From the IMG/VR virus record IMGVR_UViG_3300029305_006397: a DNA stretch of 64,000 nucleotides, one strand, 5' to 3'. The translations under genes were made by a program, and so were the position numbers. Position 1 is the first letter of the stretch; the number at the start of each line of letters is the position of its first letter. Positions 61,841 through 64,000 of the stretch are shown piece after piece. Below the pieces are notes generated by a model. It saw only the letters and a list, made by a program, of their open reading frames with translations, had not been told where the DNA came from and ran no database searches. Source of the DNA: a virus.

Positions 61841-62917
61841 TTATCCTCCTTTGTTTTTGCAGCTATCGATAAATTTCTTATGTTCAGATTCGTCATAGGT
61901 TATTCTGAATTGAAAGAGATAATCATAAATCTTCATCCGCGCATCAGCTGGACTGTCCTTTTCACCCAGAAGATCAAACTTATCATAAATATAAGACACT
62001 TTGCGATGTCTCCACAGTTTCTCACACATATTCCAAACTTCTCTCTGCGGCACATCCTTATCCAGTGCAATCACAATTTCCTGTACATCCAGCCCAAGCA
62101 AAATGCGCCGTTGCTCTTCTGACATGAACTTGCCAGACAAAGCAACTAAAGTAGGATCGTTCAGTGAATCGCGTTTCAAAACAGATTTTTCGCTTTCTAC
62201 AACGACTACATATCCGGCTTTTTCGATGCTTTCCCGGTTTTCCCATAGTCCATAAAGATTGATGGATTTGTTGTAACCCGGAGGCAGATAATACTTTTTA
62301 ATTCCGAGCATTTCCCAATTTGGAACAGTAGTACGCATGTTATACCCGATTAGATCGCCCGTAAGCCAATATCGATGCGGGATTACGACCCTGCTATATT
62401 CATAAGAATACATGAGTCCAAATTTCTTGCGTGTCCATTCCATTACACCTTCATGCACCCAATCTATGTGGAGATACGGAACATAGTCTTCAAAAATAGC
62501 TTCGTCATAAACATCAATTTCTTCGACATTAACGCGAGAATATGTTGCATAGCTCTTAATTCTTCTGCCAAATCCGTTCGACTTCTTTTTAATTGGCTTC
62601 TTTGCATTTTTATATTCCAGGCCAAGAATAGAGTGCAAATACTTTATTGCTTCAATAAAAGACATTTGCTTGGCATACTGAACAAGTGTAATTAAATCTG
62701 ACATTTCATCGAAATCAGCCGGACGAGTCCAATTAACAACATTAAGATATTCATTATTTTGAACATTAATGGCCGTATCATTATCGCCGTCATGATTTGC
62801 ACAGGAATAATAATTTTTTTGCGGATGATATTTGATGTGATGACAGCCAATGCTTTCAAGCACATGTTCTATCTTTTCATTTTTGAAAATGTGTTGCTTT
62901 AATTCAGTTACTGTCAT
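61841..62917 (-). CDS. DNA primase (DnaG-like, Zn-binding + TOPRIM)
   Basis: N-terminal CHH..(x)..SCANHDGD. TOPRIM acidic motifs VVVESEKSVL and IALDKD. Confidence 0.75.
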   Translation of the reverse strand: MTVTELKQHIFKNEKIEHVLESIGCHHIKYHPQKNYYSCANHDGDNDTAINVQNNEYLNVVNWTRPADFDEMSDLITLVQYAKQMSFIEAIKYLHSILGLEYKNAKKPIKKKSNGFGRRIKSYATYSRVNVEEIDVYDEAIFEDYVPYLHIDWVHEGVMEWTRKKFGLMYSYEYSRVVIPHRYWLTGDLIGYNMRTTVPNWEMLGIKKYYLPPGYNKSINLYGLWENRESIEKAGYVVVVESEKSVLKRDSLNDPTLVALSGKFMSEEQRRILLGLDVQEIVIALDKDVPQREVWNMCEKLWRHRKVSYIYDKFDLLGEKDSPADARMKIYDYLFQFRITYDESEHKKFIDSCKNKGG

Positions 62918-62939
62918 ACAGAAGCTCCTTTACAAAGGA

Positions 62940-64000
62940 TTACCAATCCAGGGGTACATTACAGAATCCAATATCTTTATATGTATTGGTAGACAAATCA
63001 CATTCAGATATAATCTGACGGACATCAGTATTACCGAAGCGATTTTTCAATACGAATGTAATCATATAACTCTTACCTCGTTCAAGTTCAAAATTTACAA
63101 GAGTTCCTTTCCCTTCTTCGCGCCAACACTTCAATGCTCGTGGTTCACCCTTATATTCATCATCATAAGGGCGGCGCATCATGAAATTTACAGACATGAC
63201 ATCCAGAATGGATTTTGCTTGTCCAATTTCATTGTTGGTAAGATGACGCATTTTTAAGCTGCCTTTGCCAAGCTGATAAGTTACGAAGAGTCCAACATTT
63301 CTTGCAGCAGGTTTTACGACATCATAAAGAGCGACCATATCTCGCATCATAGATTTAAAAATTTCATCAGTTTTTGCGTCTGCGCTTTCTTTTAGCGTAT
63401 CGAGGACAAAAATTTTAACGCCAAACGAAGCATATTTATTGATAATTTTTTTAGCAGTATTGACCGTATATCGCTCCAAAGGAATCACAATAACATATCC
63501 AGCCTTTTTACGCTCATCGATCCATGCCTCGCATTTGCTCATAAGCTCAGAATGGTTTTCTAAAAAACCACCGCGCCTGAACACCTGCTTTTGAAAATCA
63601 GCTTTGTATATATTATTTGCCACCCATATAACAAGTTCCAGCTGAAATTTGCGCTGATCTTCTTCATTAATAATGAATACGACTCTCTGATTTGTGTCCA
63701 TTGCAGATGGGAACAAGTAATTAAATGCCATAGTAGATTTACCGACACCAGAACCAGCACCAAGGCCATAAATGTTTCCATCATAATTGAATCCACAAGT
63801 TTCATTAGTAAGAAGTTCTGCTCCATGGAACGGGATACCGCACGAGATACCACTGTCCATTTCGCGAATATACTCACCGATATTATCAAAAATATTGTAT
63901 TGCTTAATGCCTTCGACTTTATTTGCAAAAATACTGCTGATGACATATTCAAATTCATCATAAATATCTTCAACGGAAACATCTGCAAAACGTGAAAGTT
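62940..64000 (-). CDS. DnaB-like replicative helicase / RecA-fold ATPase (5' end outside window)
   Basis: Walker A GAGSGVGKST. Walker B IFVLDTLKES. The reading frame stays open upstream of the track's ATG (63860) to the window edge. Confidence 0.7.
   Translation of the reverse strand, partial: LSRFADVSVEDIYDEFEYVISSIFANKVEGIKQYNIFDNIGEYIREMDSGISCGIPFHGAELLTNETCGFNYDGNIYGLGAGSGVGKSTMAFNYLFPSAMDTNQRVVFIINEEDQRKFQLELVIWVANNIYKADFQKQVFRRGGFLENHSELMSKCEAWIDERKKAGYVIVIPLERYTVNTAKKIINKYASFGVKIFVLDTLKESADAKTDEIFKSMMRDMVALYDVVKPAARNVGLFVTYQLGKGSLKMRHLTNNEIGQAKSILDVMSVNFMMRRPYDDEYKGEPRALKCWREEGKGTLVNFELERGKSYMITFVLKNRFGNTDVRQIISECDLSTNTYKDIGFCNVPLDW

Noticed and set aside
1-64000. Alternative genetic code / stop-codon reassignment
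   Set aside because: Very long ORFs (about 1,700, 2,400, 1,130 and 1,070 aa) are intact under the standard bacterial code. The only tRNA is a normal Lys(CUU), not a suppressor.

Overview
The window is one contiguous piece of a large tailed-phage genome. It looks siphovirus-type, is AT-rich, and has Gram-positive-style GGAGG ribosome-binding sites. It is built as two convergent arms.

Plus arm (1-34.5 kb): this holds the 3' end of the virion and lysis module.
- It opens with a tape measure gene of more than 1,700 aa that is cut by the window edge, followed by Dit-like and Tal-like genes.
- A lysis cassette (membrane and holin candidates plus an endolysin) sits in the middle of the tail genes.
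- About 22 kb of adhesion genes follow: BppU_N-like proteins, one giant multidomain protein of about 2,400 aa, an XkdX-like mini-gene, Ala-rich fibres, and a tandem array of modular receptor-binding cassettes.

Junction (34.6-36.2 kb): a tyrosine integrase and a complete tRNA-Lys(CUU). The tRNA is flanked by repeated CCTGATTT motifs, a sigma70-like promoter and a bidirectional terminator.

Minus arm (64.0 to 36.2 kb): an autonomous replication and nucleotide-metabolism module.
- The enzymes run in this order: DnaB-like helicase (cut by the window edge), primase, orphan DNA methyltransferase, PD-(D/E)XK nuclease, DnaE-type polymerase, RecD2-like helicase, NAD-dependent ligase, NrdD/NrdG, dUTPase, ThyA-like enzyme, DHFR and a guanylate-kinase-like kinase.
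- About 35 small ORFs of unknown function are interleaved with these, including several paralog families.

No CRISPR array, rRNA, transposase, reverse transcriptase or recognisable defence system was seen.

The most unusual features are:
- the modular receptor-binding array with conserved junctions;
- the giant adhesin with a CotH-like core;
- many intrinsic terminators that leave no room for promoters in the late arm;
- the repeat-flanked tRNA/integrase locus;
- a Cys-rich paralog family translationally coupled to thyA and folA.

All family assignments come from motifs recognised by eye. No database search, structure prediction or folding program was run.
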